A stretch of DNA of 63,897 nt, counting the filler, from Chlamydiia bacterium (GTDB lineage Bacteria > Chlamydiota > Chlamydiia > Chlamydiales > FEN-1388): assembly GCA_903848235.1 (NCBI GenBank). It is 11 parts of 11 records of this genome, joined end to end, with 100 filler letters (N's around TTAATTAATTAA, not from the genome) between each part and the next. Parts side by side here need not be neighbours in the genome. Positions count along the whole stretch, not along the records: positions 1 to 19,568 come from CAINFV010000008.1; 10 more parts are not named here. One strand, 5' to 3'. The position numbers and the translations under genes were made by a program. Under the pieces are notes generated by a model. The model did no database searches. It was given only the letters and a program-made list of their open reading frames with translations, and was not told the origin of the DNA. Shown piece after piece: positions 1 through 11,380 of the stretch (position 1 is the stretch's first letter; the number at the start of each line of letters is the position of its first letter).

Positions 1-3000
1 GCACTTCTTACTGATATACCTATTCCCGAGTTAGTCTCTCCAGCAACATCGGCTAAAGAGTCTGAGAAAGTTGCCAAAAAACAGGGGAGTGGGCCTCATT
101 CAAAAACGATCCCTGTCGTCAAAGATAAGGGACAAAAAGGGGCAGCGGCATCGAAGTCCCAAAAAACCGTGTCAGAAGAAACAAAAAAGTTTTGTGCAGC
201 TAATAGAGCTATTTTAGAGAGCCTTGAGGATGAGAAGGCTGCCACAATTCCTGCTTTTGTTGAAAAGCCTCCAGCATTACCATCAGCGAATTTAGGGACT
301 CTTTCTATTTCCCCTGCTCTGCTGTCGCAAGCAAGGCAGTTTGCCCAACAATGCAACTTCTATCAGCTATATGGGATGACCCAGGAGCAGTTTAATGAAA
401 ATCTCAAATGGGATCGCCGTCAACTGGTAACCCTTGAAAGTGATGTTTCGACAGTTGATCCCGACATTCTTGTCGGAGTGCAGAAAGACAAAGTTGAAAA
501 GGCTGCATCTGACCTCCATGCTGCTAGGGAAGAACATGGTCGAACAGGAAGAAATGCGCTGAACGTCGATAAGGCAAATGTTCACTTCATTGCTGAACTG
601 GAGTTTTATGATAGGCTTGTTGTCAAGGCAGCATCGTTTCATCCTGACGTTGGCCCAGCGACTGGCCGTATCTATAAACAGTGGCTAGATGCAAAAACAG
701 CCCACGAAGATGCTGAAAAACGCGCTGGAAAATATGATGATCCGCACCGAGTGACCAATAAGATTGGAAAAGCGGTTAAGGGGGTGGTGAGCGAATTAGG
801 ATTTGGAAGCGACCCAAAAGCGATTGTAAAAGACGAACGCTTCAAGGCTACAGTCTTTGGCCTACAAGCAGAACGACATGAAAACCGCATTGACAGTGCC
901 TCGACGTCGAAGACTTATGTCTCGAATCCAGAAAACGTGCTTGGCTGGTCTTACGAACACATTAAAGGATCAATTGCACAGAGAAAAACGGAAATTCTAA
1001 AAGATCGAGGAGCCAGTGGAAGTGCCGATCTTGACACTCAAATTGCTCAACAAAGCCAAGTGGTGGACAAAATTGCGGCAGCCTATCAGGCTGCGGACGC
1101 TGTAGCTGTCGATCTTCCGTCAAAAACAAGACGGAATGAACTCTTGTGCCAATATATAGCAGAGGTGGACTTTTTAGGTGGTCTCGAGCTTAAAAAGGGC
1201 GAGGTAGCTTCCTCTGTAACACCCGCAAGTTCTGTTCCTGACGCAGAAGATCCAAGCGCAAGAGTTCACGAAAAAGAAACGAAAAGTCTCCCGGCGAGTG
1301 AGCAGAAAAAAGATTCTCATGACGACAAAGGCAGCCCTGCCCCTGAGAAAGCTGATGATGTAGATAAAAAGAAGCCCTCGTCTCCTAGCAAGCCAAAAAA
1401 AGATTCTCATGACCATGACAAAGACAGCTCAGCGCCTAAGAAAAAAGCAGGTGCAGATCAGAAGAAGCCCTCATCTCCTAGCAAGCCAAAAGAAGATTCT
1501 CCGGATGTCCACGAGGAAGAAAGTCCTGTTCCCCAGCACACTGGAGAAGTAGATCAAAAGGAAGGCGCTCAAGCAGCAAAAGGTCTGCAAAAAGAGGATA
1601 TTTCGAAAGATCAAGATCCATTATCAACTCTGGCGAAGATACCAGATATCCGGGTGGAGGGCTCTTCTACCGGCATCCCTTCACTGAGTTCTCTAGGCGT
1701 CGCCACGGAGCCATCTGCTGCGTATTCGTCCATAAGAACGTTCTCTTCACCCACGCCAAATCTGTTTTTCGATTCGAGCAGTGGCTTGATGAACATGCAT
1801 ACTCCTTTCCAGCCCCGTGAAGCCCGAATGTTGAATGCAGAGAGCAGAGTGTCGGAGCTGTTCGGAAGGGGCGCCGTGTTTCCAGGGAAATTTGAGTGCC
1901 AAGGGGCGGGAAAAGTCACCTTCAAATTCGACAATCCCCAAGAATCATCTTTTAACCCGCAAAGGCTCAGAGAATTCTCACGAGATCTGGCATCTCAAAG
2001 AGCTTCGCAAGGGGCAGCATCTCGCCCCCTTCCTGTCGCTGCGGCAGCAGCTGCTGCTTCGTCAGACCCAAGCGCCGCCGACCATGCGTATGAGAGCTTC
2101 CTCCACATGCCTAGAGGGGAGTCACATCCTCCAATGTTCGTGCAGAAAACGCTTTGCTATGCTTTTGCCAAAGCACAAAATGCCGTCATTGGTGCACATG
2201 ATCTTGTATGCAATAAGCAGTTTGACCATGACGAAAAGGTGAGGACGCATTTACGAAAACTCGAGGAGATTGAGAAGCAACTACCAAGAATTAACGGCCC
2301 GTTTCAGGGAAGCCCGTTATGGGTGTTGGCACATCGTACTCTGGCAGGACCAGCAAGAGAGGCCCTTCAAAGCAATCCTCACATTTTGAGTGATAGGAGC
2401 GAAGCGACAAAGAGGATTCTTGAAATCTATCATCGTGAACACGAACTACACGAAAGAGGGGAACAACAAACAGAAAAATATCGGGTTATAGTTAGAAATG
2501 TGCAAAGGGTCGGTTATAGAGGTGACATCGAACCTGATCGAACATTTACTCCAGAATTTCTCGATGAAATTGAACCGTATTTCATTACCGTTGAAAGGTG
2601 TGAAGGGGCTCGTCTTAAAGAATTAAAGGATGACGAAAGCAAGATCAAGGAAAGATTTATCAACCCAGAAATCCGCCCTCTTATTGGCACACTGCCTGTA
2701 CGGCTGCAGGCCAGCGTCGTACATCATTCGCTGTATGCTAAAGGCATCCTGGAACTTACCTCGGGCAAATATTCGCTGGCACCAGATTCTGAAGCTTTCA
2801 AAACGCTTTCGAGACTGTATATGCATGAATTCGTAGATACCATTCAAAATGGTATGCTTAAAGAGGATTTTTTACGGTCAGAAAATGGCAGACAATTTCG
2901 CGAGACCCTTTGGAAGGCATATACAGACCTTGTGGAGAAAGAAGCTCTTGTTGTCGCCGCCCAGCAAGAACATTCTCAACTGGGTTGTGGCTGGAGAGCA

Positions 3001-3399
3001 ATAGACTGGATGAGGGGAACCCCAAATGTGGCGAAAAAAATGGACGATTTGAAAAGTTCAGTCGAGATTGTCGTAAAGCATATGAAGCAGCTTCACCTGA
3101 ACATTATCGCGCAGGAGCTAGAAAAGACCCCTGAAGGGGATCCTTTAGTTGAAGCGAAAAAATCTTTATTGGCGCTATTGAAAGGAGAAAAAGTTGACGA
3201 ACAACGAAGCTTCATTGGCACGGTACTGCTGCCCGCTTTAGGACGAAGTCCGCTCTATTCTCCCCCGCAGGCTGGGGCCGGAGAACTGCCGGATGAAAGG
3301 CGGTGGCTCAGGATAGGAGTGCCCCAAACACTATTCTTCGGTGCGTGCGAAAATCCGGAATCTCTTGCCGCAAAGCTCATTGCTTTTGAAAGGCGCTAG
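1..3399 (+). CDS. Large hypothetical protein (>1130 aa, 5'-truncated at window edge) with internal repeats; candidate secreted effector
   Basis: The frame of ORF 169..3399 is open back to base 1. It has a degenerate duplicated helical unit (...HFIAELEFYDRL / ...QYIAEVDFLGGL) and K/D/S/P-rich repeats. No recognisable family. Confidence 0.7.
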   Translation, partial: ALLTDIPIPELVSPATSAKESEKVAKKQGSGPHSKTIPVVKDKGQKGAAASKSQKTVSEETKKFCAANRAILESLEDEKAATIPAFVEKPPALPSANLGTLSISPALLSQARQFAQQCNFYQLYGMTQEQFNENLKWDRRQLVTLESDVSTVDPDILVGVQKDKVEKAASDLHAAREEHGRTGRNALNVDKANVHFIAELEFYDRLVVKAASFHPDVGPATGRIYKQWLDAKTAHEDAEKRAGKYDDPHRVTNKIGKAVKGVVSELGFGSDPKAIVKDERFKATVFGLQAERHENRIDSASTSKTYVSNPENVLGWSYEHIKGSIAQRKTEILKDRGASGSADLDTQIAQQSQVVDKIAAAYQAADAVAVDLPSKTRRNELLCQYIAEVDFLGGLELKKGEVASSVTPASSVPDAEDPSARVHEKETKSLPASEQKKDSHDDKGSPAPEKADDVDKKKPSSPSKPKKDSHDHDKDSSAPKKKAGADQKKPSSPSKPKEDSPDVHEEESPVPQHTGEVDQKEGAQAAKGLQKEDISKDQDPLSTLAKIPDIRVEGSSTGIPSLSSLGVATEPSAAYSSIRTFSSPTPNLFFDSSSGLMNMHTPFQPREARMLNAESRVSELFGRGAVFPGKFECQGAGKVTFKFDNPQESSFNPQRLREFSRDLASQRASQGAASRPLPVAAAAAAASSDPSAADHAYESFLHMPRGESHPPMFVQKTLCYAFAKAQNAVIGAHDLVCNKQFDHDEKVRTHLRKLEEIEKQLPRINGPFQGSPLWVLAHRTLAGPAREALQSNPHILSDRSEATKRILEIYHREHELHERGEQQTEKYRVIVRNVQRVGYRGDIEPDRTFTPEFLDEIEPYFITVERCEGARLKELKDDESKIKERFINPEIRPLIGTLPVRLQASVVHHSLYAKGILELTSGKYSLAPDSEAFKTLSRLYMHEFVDTIQNGMLKEDFLRSENGRQFRETLWKAYTDLVEKEALVVAAQQEHSQLGCGWRAIDWMRGTPNVAKKMDDLKSSVEIVVKHMKQLHLNIIAQELEKTPEGDPLVEAKKSLLALLKGEKVDEQRSFIGTVLLPALGRSPLYSPPQAGAGELPDERRWLRIGVPQTLFFGACENPESLAAKLIAFERR
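1306..1560 (+). repeat. Intragenic tandem repeat, ~90-bp unit, about 3 copies
   Basis: AAAGATTCTCATGAC...GATxAxAAGAAGCCCTCxTCTCCTAGCAAGCCA is repeated, encoding KKDSHD...DxKKPSSPSKPK. Confidence 0.8.
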
Positions 3400-3437
3400 A
3401 AAAAAATTTTACATCTGCGCCAAACCTGTTTTTCGTA

Positions 3438-3467
3438 AGGAGTCTAGATTATTTAAACTAGACTCCT
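3438..3467. terminator. Intergenic hairpin (possible terminator)
   Basis: AGGAGTCTAG-N10-CTAGACTCCT forms a perfect 10-bp stem just after the large ORF, with no clear U-tract. Confidence 0.35.
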
Positions 3468-3630
3468 AACAGGCGAGGCGCAATGAATTCTTCAAAAAAA
3501 CTCCGCAAGAACCCTTGGGAAAAGCCCTCACAGATCTTGTTATCGCTGCGCTAGCAAGCCGGCAAAATCTATATACAGAATTCCACATCGTATCTACGAT
3601 AGAGGTTCTATACCATCTCTTTGGACATGT

Positions 3631-4272
3631 ATGACTCTTTACATATATTCTGTAGGTACCTGCATAAATACCATGGAGCAATTTGCAAGAACGCCTGAAA
3701 CATCACGCCTTGTTATGACGAAAAATCTTCAATTGATCAGTCAATGGGGACTCTTGCGAAAGATATTCTTGCGTTGTTTCATGAATAGCTACCTCAATCA
3801 ACTCGATCCATATCAATCAAAAATGCGATTTCAAGAGCAGTTGTGGACGATCATGGTGTGGGGCAAATACGATCGTCATATGCAAGAGACGTGCGTCAAG
3901 GCATGCAAAGTTTTTGACCGAATAAACCATCGAACAAATGACGAACTGCCTCCCAGCAAACGATTTTCAGAACTCGCTGTTTGCGTGAATCTATCAAACG
4001 TAGAGCAACAATATCGTCAATATGTCCTCGAGACATTTCACAATTCTCATGTTGTAGAACCGTCGCAAGACCTATCTGAAAAGGAGGATTTCAGTTCAGA
4101 CTCTGATTCTGACGCAGACGAACCGCTCTGGAAAGAGCTCCGTAGATCGCCCCCCAGTCACCAAGAAGTGTCAACTGAAAGGCACAAAAAGTATCCGAAA
4201 ACAAATTTTCGGCTTTCCAGCATGTTTCTACGTCCAAAAAGGGTTTCTACAACGTATGTAAAGAAAAAGTAA
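3631..4272 (+). CDS. Hypothetical protein
   Basis: 213-aa ORF with an acidic patch and a basic C-terminus; start uncertain. Confidence 0.55.
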   Translation: MTLYIYSVGTCINTMEQFARTPETSRLVMTKNLQLISQWGLLRKIFLRCFMNSYLNQLDPYQSKMRFQEQLWTIMVWGKYDRHMQETCVKACKVFDRINHRTNDELPPSKRFSELAVCVNLSNVEQQYRQYVLETFHNSHVVEPSQDLSEKEDFSSDSDSDADEPLWKELRRSPPSHQEVSTERHKKYPKTNFRLSSMFLRPKRVSTTYVKKK

Positions 4273-4284
4273 TAGCCCCTCTAG

Positions 4285-4878
4285 GTGTACCGTATCGAAC
4301 AATTTTTGAATCTTTATTTCCAAAACAGGGAACGCAAGCTACTACTCCATTGCTGTTGTGCTCCCTGCTCATGTTCTATTATCGACAGGCTTCTTCATGC
4401 TGAGGTACGACTGACGATTTTCTTCTACAATCCAAACATTTATCCAGAAGGGGAGTATAACCGCCGAAAACATGAGATTGTCCAGTATGCCGGAAAAAGG
4501 GGAGTCGCTTTTGTTGATGTCGACTACGACCCTGACAGATGGCTGAATTATGTTCGTGGGCATGAAATGGAGAAAGAGAGGGGAGTCAGGTGTAGCCTGT
4601 GCTTTGAATGTAGGCTTCTCAAGACAGCCGCATTTGCTGCAGAAAATGGTTTCGCAGACATCTCAAGTACTCTTGGAATCTCTCGGAGAAAAAAACTCGA
4701 GCAAGTGACAGACGCTGGAAGGCGAGCGGCCGCATGCTACCCAGGAGTCACATACCTTGACTACAACTGGCGAAAAAATGGCGGCGTTGCGCGAATGGAC
4801 GAGATCGCTAAACATGAACAATTCTACCGGCAGCAGTATTGTGGGTGTATGTTTTCGATAAAGCCTTATCCAAAATAA
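4285..4878 (+). CDS. queH: Epoxyqueuosine reductase QueH (DUF208)
   Basis: Motifs LLLHCCCAPCS, YNPNIYP, RCSLCFECRL and YRQQYCGC. Confidence 0.92.
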   Translation: MYRIEQFLNLYFQNRERKLLLHCCCAPCSCSIIDRLLHAEVRLTIFFYNPNIYPEGEYNRRKHEIVQYAGKRGVAFVDVDYDPDRWLNYVRGHEMEKERGVRCSLCFECRLLKTAAFAAENGFADISSTLGISRRKKLEQVTDAGRRAAACYPGVTYLDYNWRKNGGVARMDEIAKHEQFYRQQYCGCMFSIKPYPK

Positions 4879-4885
4879 GGAAAAA

Positions 4886-5431
4886 ATGGAATCTCCACAA
4901 GCAGTCTGCAAATCCGGCATTGAATTTTTGAGTCTCATCGAAGCATTAGATCTCAAAGCAGCAGCAGAAAGGAATGCGGTCAGCGGGCTTTTTGATGAAG
5001 CGATTGGTCTAACACAAAGAATTTCAGACGTGGCAATCAAATCGTTGTCCTATGCAAAGATTGCAGAGATAATGACCTATCCACACCTCCAGAATTTACC
5101 AAGGGCTCGAGTGGTTGTCGCTTTGGCGCATGGCATTGCTCAATCACTTGCGGATGAAGAACTAAGAGATTTGCTTCTCTCTCGCACCGCGCGGGTGATG
5201 GCCGATGCTCAGGATTTTTCGAATGCCTGCGCAGGAGCTGAAGAAATTCAGGTTGTGTTCATAAGATCCTTATGTTTAATAAGCATTGCCAATAGGCTTG
5301 TTGATATTCATAATTTTTCAGAAGCCAGAGTTGTTGCCCGTAAAGTCCATGATATCGCCGGACAGGAGAATTGCGTAGAAAATAGGGCAATACTTCTAAA
5401 AGAAGTTGATAAACTGATTGGTCGGATGTAA
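4886..5431 (+). CDS. Hypothetical alpha-helical (TPR-like) repeat protein
   Basis: Repeated A-x-x-(V/I)-A...I pattern, 181 aa. Confidence 0.55.
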   Translation: MESPQAVCKSGIEFLSLIEALDLKAAAERNAVSGLFDEAIGLTQRISDVAIKSLSYAKIAEIMTYPHLQNLPRARVVVALAHGIAQSLADEELRDLLLSRTARVMADAQDFSNACAGAEEIQVVFIRSLCLISIANRLVDIHNFSEARVVARKVHDIAGQENCVENRAILLKEVDKLIGRM

Positions 5432-5581
5432 GAAAATATTTCCTTTGTATTCAATAGTGCTCCCTCCCACATCACCTCAAAATCTTAATTTCCTGAAGTA
5501 TGAATCGTTTTATTTAAAAAAATAAGGACCATGTGTATGGTGCAGATTAGAATGGGTATTCAAAACATAGGAGACATGAGA

Positions 5582-6508
5582 ATGAAGTGGTTATGTATAT
5601 CAATTTTTGCGATGACGGCATTAATTGCGTCACCAGCGGAAGCTTTCGACTCTTCCATTCCTGGAGGAAATACCAGAAATATTGAAAAAAGTCACTGCGA
5701 ACGTGGACCCAGAGGACCTAAGGGAAAGCACGGTCATCATGGCATTCCAGGGCCGATGGGACCCCAAGGATTGCAGGGAGCGATAGGACCCCAAGGCGTG
5801 CAGGGGGGGATCGGACTCCAAGGTGTGCAAGGCGTGATAGGCCCCCAAGGAGGGCAAGGCGACCAAGGCGTGATAGGACCCCAAGGATTGCAAGGCCTGG
5901 TGGGACTCACAGGAACTGCAGGGGCGACGGGAGAAACAGGAGCGACAGGAGCTACAGGAGCTACTGGAGAGACTGGAGCTACTGGTGCGACAGGGTCAAC
6001 TGGAGTTTTGAGCTATGCTTTTGTAAGCTTAGATCAAATAGATACCTCTTTGCCAGTGGGGGCTTCAGGAGGAATCGCTTACCCAGTGCCGTTTAATACC
6101 ACAGGACCACGGTCCGATGATATCGAGTATGATGCTGATACAGGGACATTTACTGTTCAAACAGCCGGTGTGTACACATTGCAATACGACGTTCGAGCTT
6201 TCGTAAATGGTGGCCAGAACCCTTCGCCACCAATTGACGAGTTTGTCGTAACTGTCTATCAAAATGGCGGATCATTGCCAATGTCGGTAGTGAAAGGAAT
6301 GGCAACAACTGATACCCTTCGGTCTATTGTCGATGCCTCAGGCCAATTGATTGTAAACCTCAATGCAAATGATACTCTGTGCCTAATGGCAAAAGTCACC
6401 CCTGTAGGAGGTGTACCGGATGATTTCACTCCGTTCTATGGTGTTCAGCCCTCCGGTGATGACATCATCGAGATGGCAGCTTACTTCTCTATCTTGAGGA
6501 TCAACTAG
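5582..6508 (+). CDS. Secreted collagen-like protein with C-terminal beta-sandwich (BclA-CTD/C1q-like) domain, copy 1
   Basis: AGGAG RBS, signal peptide MKWLCISIFAMTALIASPAEA, Gly-X-Y run (GPQ/GAT), then VPFNTTGP...FTVQTAGVYTLQY. Confidence 0.82.
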   Translation: MKWLCISIFAMTALIASPAEAFDSSIPGGNTRNIEKSHCERGPRGPKGKHGHHGIPGPMGPQGLQGAIGPQGVQGGIGLQGVQGVIGPQGGQGDQGVIGPQGLQGLVGLTGTAGATGETGATGATGATGETGATGATGSTGVLSYAFVSLDQIDTSLPVGASGGIAYPVPFNTTGPRSDDIEYDADTGTFTVQTAGVYTLQYDVRAFVNGGQNPSPPIDEFVVTVYQNGGSLPMSVVKGMATTDTLRSIVDASGQLIVNLNANDTLCLMAKVTPVGGVPDDFTPFYGVQPSGDDIIEMAAYFSILRIN

Positions 6509-6523
6509 ATCTTTCTTTTCATT

Positions 6524-6550
6524 CATGGGAGGACAATTCGTCCTCCCATG
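6524..6550 (+). terminator. Rho-independent terminator-like hairpin
   Basis: CATGGGAGGAC-AATTC-GTCCTCCCATG after the stop codon. Confidence 0.7.
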
Positions 6551-6756
6551 TCTCTTCTAGGCACTTCTGCTTCGCAAAAAGAAGTTGATAAACTGAATTG
6601 CCAGCTGTAAGAAAAAATTCCCTTTATATTCCATTGTGCGCCCACTTCGCCTCAAAATCTCAAATTCCTTATGTAAGAATCGTTTTATTTAAAAAAATAA
6701 AGATCATGTGTATGGTGCGGATTAGAATGGGCATTCAAAACACAGGAGACACGAGA

Positions 6757-7686
<930 letters not shown>

Positions 7687-7702
7687 GATCTCTCTTTTCA
7701 TT

Positions 7703-7729
7703 CATGGGAGGACAACTCGTCCTCCCATG
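7703..7729 (+). terminator. Rho-independent terminator-like hairpin
   Basis: CATGGGAGGAC-AACTC-GTCCTCCCATG. Confidence 0.7.
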
Positions 7730-7773
7730 TTTCATTCGTCATTATCTCTATTCCTTGGCACATGGCTTTCTCA

Positions 7774-8590
7774 CTACCATCTGGCAAGGCGCATGACCTC
7801 AGCTGGTAGGCAGATTAGCGGGTTTCCGAAGAGATACAGATGTATCAGATTTGGAAGCCGACCGACTTCGGTCGGCACGGTGGCGAGCTGATTCCGGGCA
7901 AGGTAGAGATGTTTTAGTTGAGCCAGCTGCTTGATTTCTGCCGGTACAATGGTGAGATTATTCACTGTGAGGATAATTGATGTCATAGGCTGTTTGAAGA
8001 ACGGCATGAAGACTGACTGGATCATGAACGACCTTACTTAACGCTCGCGACGTTCCGATGCCCTCCAGGATATTGTATACTTGTACAGCATATGCCTCAT
8101 ACAAGGCTCTCACCTCAATGGGCGTTCGGATGGTAGAGGGACGTGTGATTCCAAAGAGAGAGAAAAGAGGCTGGGACTCCGGGCAATGAAGGGCAGTTAA
8201 GTCAAAAAGATGTTGCTGATGCGCCGCGGCATGCCAGCGGCTACACACTTGCGCTGAACGACCCATGGAAAGTGGGTCTAAAAAGCCAATGATGTGGGTC
8301 ACAATATCTTGATCTAGAGCCTCTATACCTACTCGGACTTTCTGATCGAAAACATTCTGTACGAGCTTGCACAGTTCTAAATTTTTGGATTGTACAACCC
8401 AATCTGCGATGCCTTTAAGCGCACGACGAGTCTCTTCCTCGGGTTGGCAAGTGCATATGGCAAGCTCTCGAAGCGCTACAAGCGCAACTTGCTTTTCGCT
8501 TTCGCTGGCTTCTGGGTGTGACTCAAGATACGAACGCACACCCTCTGTGAGGCTTGTAATCGCTCGCAGAACCTCAGGTTGAGAATGCAT
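7774..8590 (-). pseudogene. F-box + leucine-rich-repeat effector-like gene, frameshifted near 7960-7980
   Basis: F-box (LDQDIVTHIIGFLDPLSMGRSAQVCSRW) lies in 7958..8590. LRRs (LKHLYLARNQLATVPTEVGRLPNL) lie in the overlapping frame 7774..8025. Confidence 0.75.
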
Positions 8591-8749
8591 GAATCATTCT
8601 TCATGAAAACGTTTTCTGCAATTCGAATCTCGAAAAAAGAATTGATTTAAGGTTAAGGTCAAGTTTTCGGGCGAAATATACATAACATCAATTATCAGAC
8701 GTTGCGAGGGCGTGTTTTTTTGCTCACAAACCAGTTCGGGCAACATTCT

Positions 8750-11083
8750 CTAATGAAAGCTGCGTGAACTAGAGATAGGAGCTAATATTCTAGTAAAATC
8801 CTTCCCCCCAAATTGTCCAAGCCCAAATAACACATCATAATCAGAGCATATTTTTGCAACTGTCCATGGAATAATTGGAACGTTTTCGCCGTAAATCTTG
8901 ATGCCAAGATCGCGGCATGTAGTTACCACCTCTGTGCGTTTGGGGAACTCTCTCAACATAATCTTGCCATATCCCAGTTCTTCTGGATCCCTTGCATTCC
9001 GCCATTGTAGTGAAGGCTCATCGTCAAAAACAATAAGCGCTCGCATATGTGCATCACGCTGTTCAGCTACTGGAAGATCCCTCTCTTGTTTGATGACCCC
9101 GAAGTCTTGAACCTTTCCTACTTCCCCTAAAGCTGCCTTATAAGCCCGTTCAACACTCCTTGGGAATGAGGAAGGAATGATAAGTGCCGAAATTATCGCA
9201 GCCCCTTTCAACTCTCTTCCATCAGATGATGTTAAGACGGCTTCCCATGTAGCTGGTCCCGTTCGTTGCACATCAAGATCATTTTCAAGCACATGTGCTA
9301 AACCGATCTCAAGAATCGCTTTTTCCTGTGGAGAAAGCTTTTGTATTTGAGGATGCTTCATTATGTCTTCGAGAAGTTTCTTACGAAACAGATCTCCTTG
9401 TTGGGCTGTCTGCGCATCTGGTACAACAGCTCTATCAAATCCAAGCCAAATGTCGCCAGAATCAGCCGGAAGGGTTTGCCCCGCTCTTGCGTGATATTCA
9501 ATATCTTCACCAAACCCAAAGGCAATGGTCCCATAACTCATTAACGGATACTTTGAGACGAAGGCGCCGCTATATGATGGTGTTCCAAATGCTGCAGCAC
9601 CTCCTCCTGCTACCGCAATTTTCCCTTTCAGGATTTTCACATAATTTTTCGCATTTGTGGCATGAAAATAGCGAAGTGCTTGACCTGGATGTTCCTTCCA
9701 AGTTTTCTGGAGAGCCATTGCCTCTTGAAGTTTCTTCTTTGCTAAGGCTACCCTATCTTTAAGGTCGATATGTGTCTCTTCTTTTTCATCTTTGAGGAGA
9801 CGTGCTGCCGCCTTCGATTTCATGCCTTTCTGAACCTCATCAAGGGCCTCTGGGTGGCCCTCTAATGTCTCAAGTAATTTAAGGTCAGCTTCAATAAGCT
9901 GAATAATAGTACCGTGACGACCCTGTTCAGGGGCTTCTTCTACGTCCTTTTCCTTTATTACCGTGTATCCAGGAGCAAAAAGGTCTTTCTCAGAAATCCC
10001 AGGACAACGAGTGATCACCTCTTGCCGAAATTGCACTAGTCTTCGAGAGGGAATCGCACCGACTATGGTTTGCATCGCAGCAACAATCTGCTTTTTTTGT
10101 TCTTCGTCAGAAACCTTCTGTAGAAGAGTAAAAAGAAGTGCATAATATTCAGGTTTCCCAAGGAAGGGATGTTTGCCAATGAGCTCCAGAAGAGGAGAAA
10201 CCCCTTCTCCCTCGAAATTGGAGTTAAGATTTTTTAGCAAATCACATATTTTTTGTTCGTCGTCAATTTCTTTCTTCCATTTCACTTTTGTATCTTTGGG
10301 AGCCTCTCCCGAAGCAAGAAGAAGCGCCTTATATTCTACTTCAGTAACTCCTAGAAATTTTGCCTCATGCTGTAGTTTTTTCACCGAATCGCCTCTATCG
10401 AGATCCTTATCTCTCCGGTGACCCCACTGTCGCATCCCCTCGACCATCTTTTGAAAATTTTTTGGTACATTCTTCGGGGCCAACGAATCCCCGGTAATTC
10501 CGAATTTCTTTTTCGGTATATCAAAACTTCGCAACGGGTCTGCTGATGGTTCAACGGCACCCTCTTGCTTTACAGGCTGTTCACCCTCACGTTTTTCGAC
10601 TCTTTTCTGAAACAAACGAACTAACGCATCTAGGCCAAAAATTCTAGTGGTTTTTGGCATTGGAGCAGTTTGAGCTGATCCCTGTACCCGCGATCCAAAT
10701 ATTCGATTCCAAATTTTCGATAAAAAACCTCCTGATTGAGTCCTCTGTCCTTCATCAAACTCCAGTACTTTTGTTTCAAAAGCTTTAATTTGAAGGCTTG
10801 GTATTCCACGCTGGTTCAAATTGATCCGAATCTCTTGTAGGGAGACTACAAGCATTTGACGTTCTTCAGGCGTCATCTTAGCAAGAGAGTCTTTCTCGAT
10901 ACGCTGAGACAGGAGGAGCACCTGCATATCATTCGTGCCTAAGTCCTGCTCGTCTTTTTCAAATGTATCTAGGATCGTTTTGACAGCCTCTTGTGCTCCC
11001 AAAAAGGCTTGAGACGACGTTACTTTGCGAGGGGGGCTAAATGTGCTGCTTACACCAAGATCTGTATCACCTATAGTAGTCAT
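8750..11083 (-). CDS. Hypothetical effector-like protein with a putative ADP-ribosyltransferase-fold segment
   Basis: 777 aa; YFHAT...ILKG...YSGAFVS..P...YG segment resembles the ART core strands. Confidence 0.6.
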   Translation of the reverse strand: MTTIGDTDLGVSSTFSPPRKVTSSQAFLGAQEAVKTILDTFEKDEQDLGTNDMQVLLLSQRIEKDSLAKMTPEERQMLVVSLQEIRINLNQRGIPSLQIKAFETKVLEFDEGQRTQSGGFLSKIWNRIFGSRVQGSAQTAPMPKTTRIFGLDALVRLFQKRVEKREGEQPVKQEGAVEPSADPLRSFDIPKKKFGITGDSLAPKNVPKNFQKMVEGMRQWGHRRDKDLDRGDSVKKLQHEAKFLGVTEVEYKALLLASGEAPKDTKVKWKKEIDDEQKICDLLKNLNSNFEGEGVSPLLELIGKHPFLGKPEYYALLFTLLQKVSDEEQKKQIVAAMQTIVGAIPSRRLVQFRQEVITRCPGISEKDLFAPGYTVIKEKDVEEAPEQGRHGTIIQLIEADLKLLETLEGHPEALDEVQKGMKSKAAARLLKDEKEETHIDLKDRVALAKKKLQEAMALQKTWKEHPGQALRYFHATNAKNYVKILKGKIAVAGGGAAAFGTPSYSGAFVSKYPLMSYGTIAFGFGEDIEYHARAGQTLPADSGDIWLGFDRAVVPDAQTAQQGDLFRKKLLEDIMKHPQIQKLSPQEKAILEIGLAHVLENDLDVQRTGPATWEAVLTSSDGRELKGAAIISALIIPSSFPRSVERAYKAALGEVGKVQDFGVIKQERDLPVAEQRDAHMRALIVFDDEPSLQWRNARDPEELGYGKIMLREFPKRTEVVTTCRDLGIKIYGENVPIIPWTVAKICSDYDVLFGLGQFGGKDFTRILAPISSSRSFH

Positions 11084-11380
11084 ACACCACCTTATTTTCT
11101 AATTTACAAGACTTTGTTAGGAGGCTGCAAGATCAACATCGCCGACCAATTTATCAAGATAGATATGAGTATGAGTGATACCCCATTTCCTTAGTATCAC
11201 TCAGGCCAGAGGAAATCAATCAAAAAATTGAGAAATTGAATTTGACTATTTTAGGCGCTAGCCTGCTTAGGCGCATTATTAGCCTGAGGCCAGCCAGCTT
11301 TCGGATACAACACTCGCATCCCCTCCTCGTTAAAAGGATGGTAGGAACGTAGCGCGCGGGAGATTGGTCGTCGAAATCAA

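Noticed and set aside
11172..11203. TGAGTGATAC-N12-GTATCACTCA inverted repeat upstream of the ART-like gene
   Set aside because: Single occurrence; cannot distinguish operator, terminator or chance.
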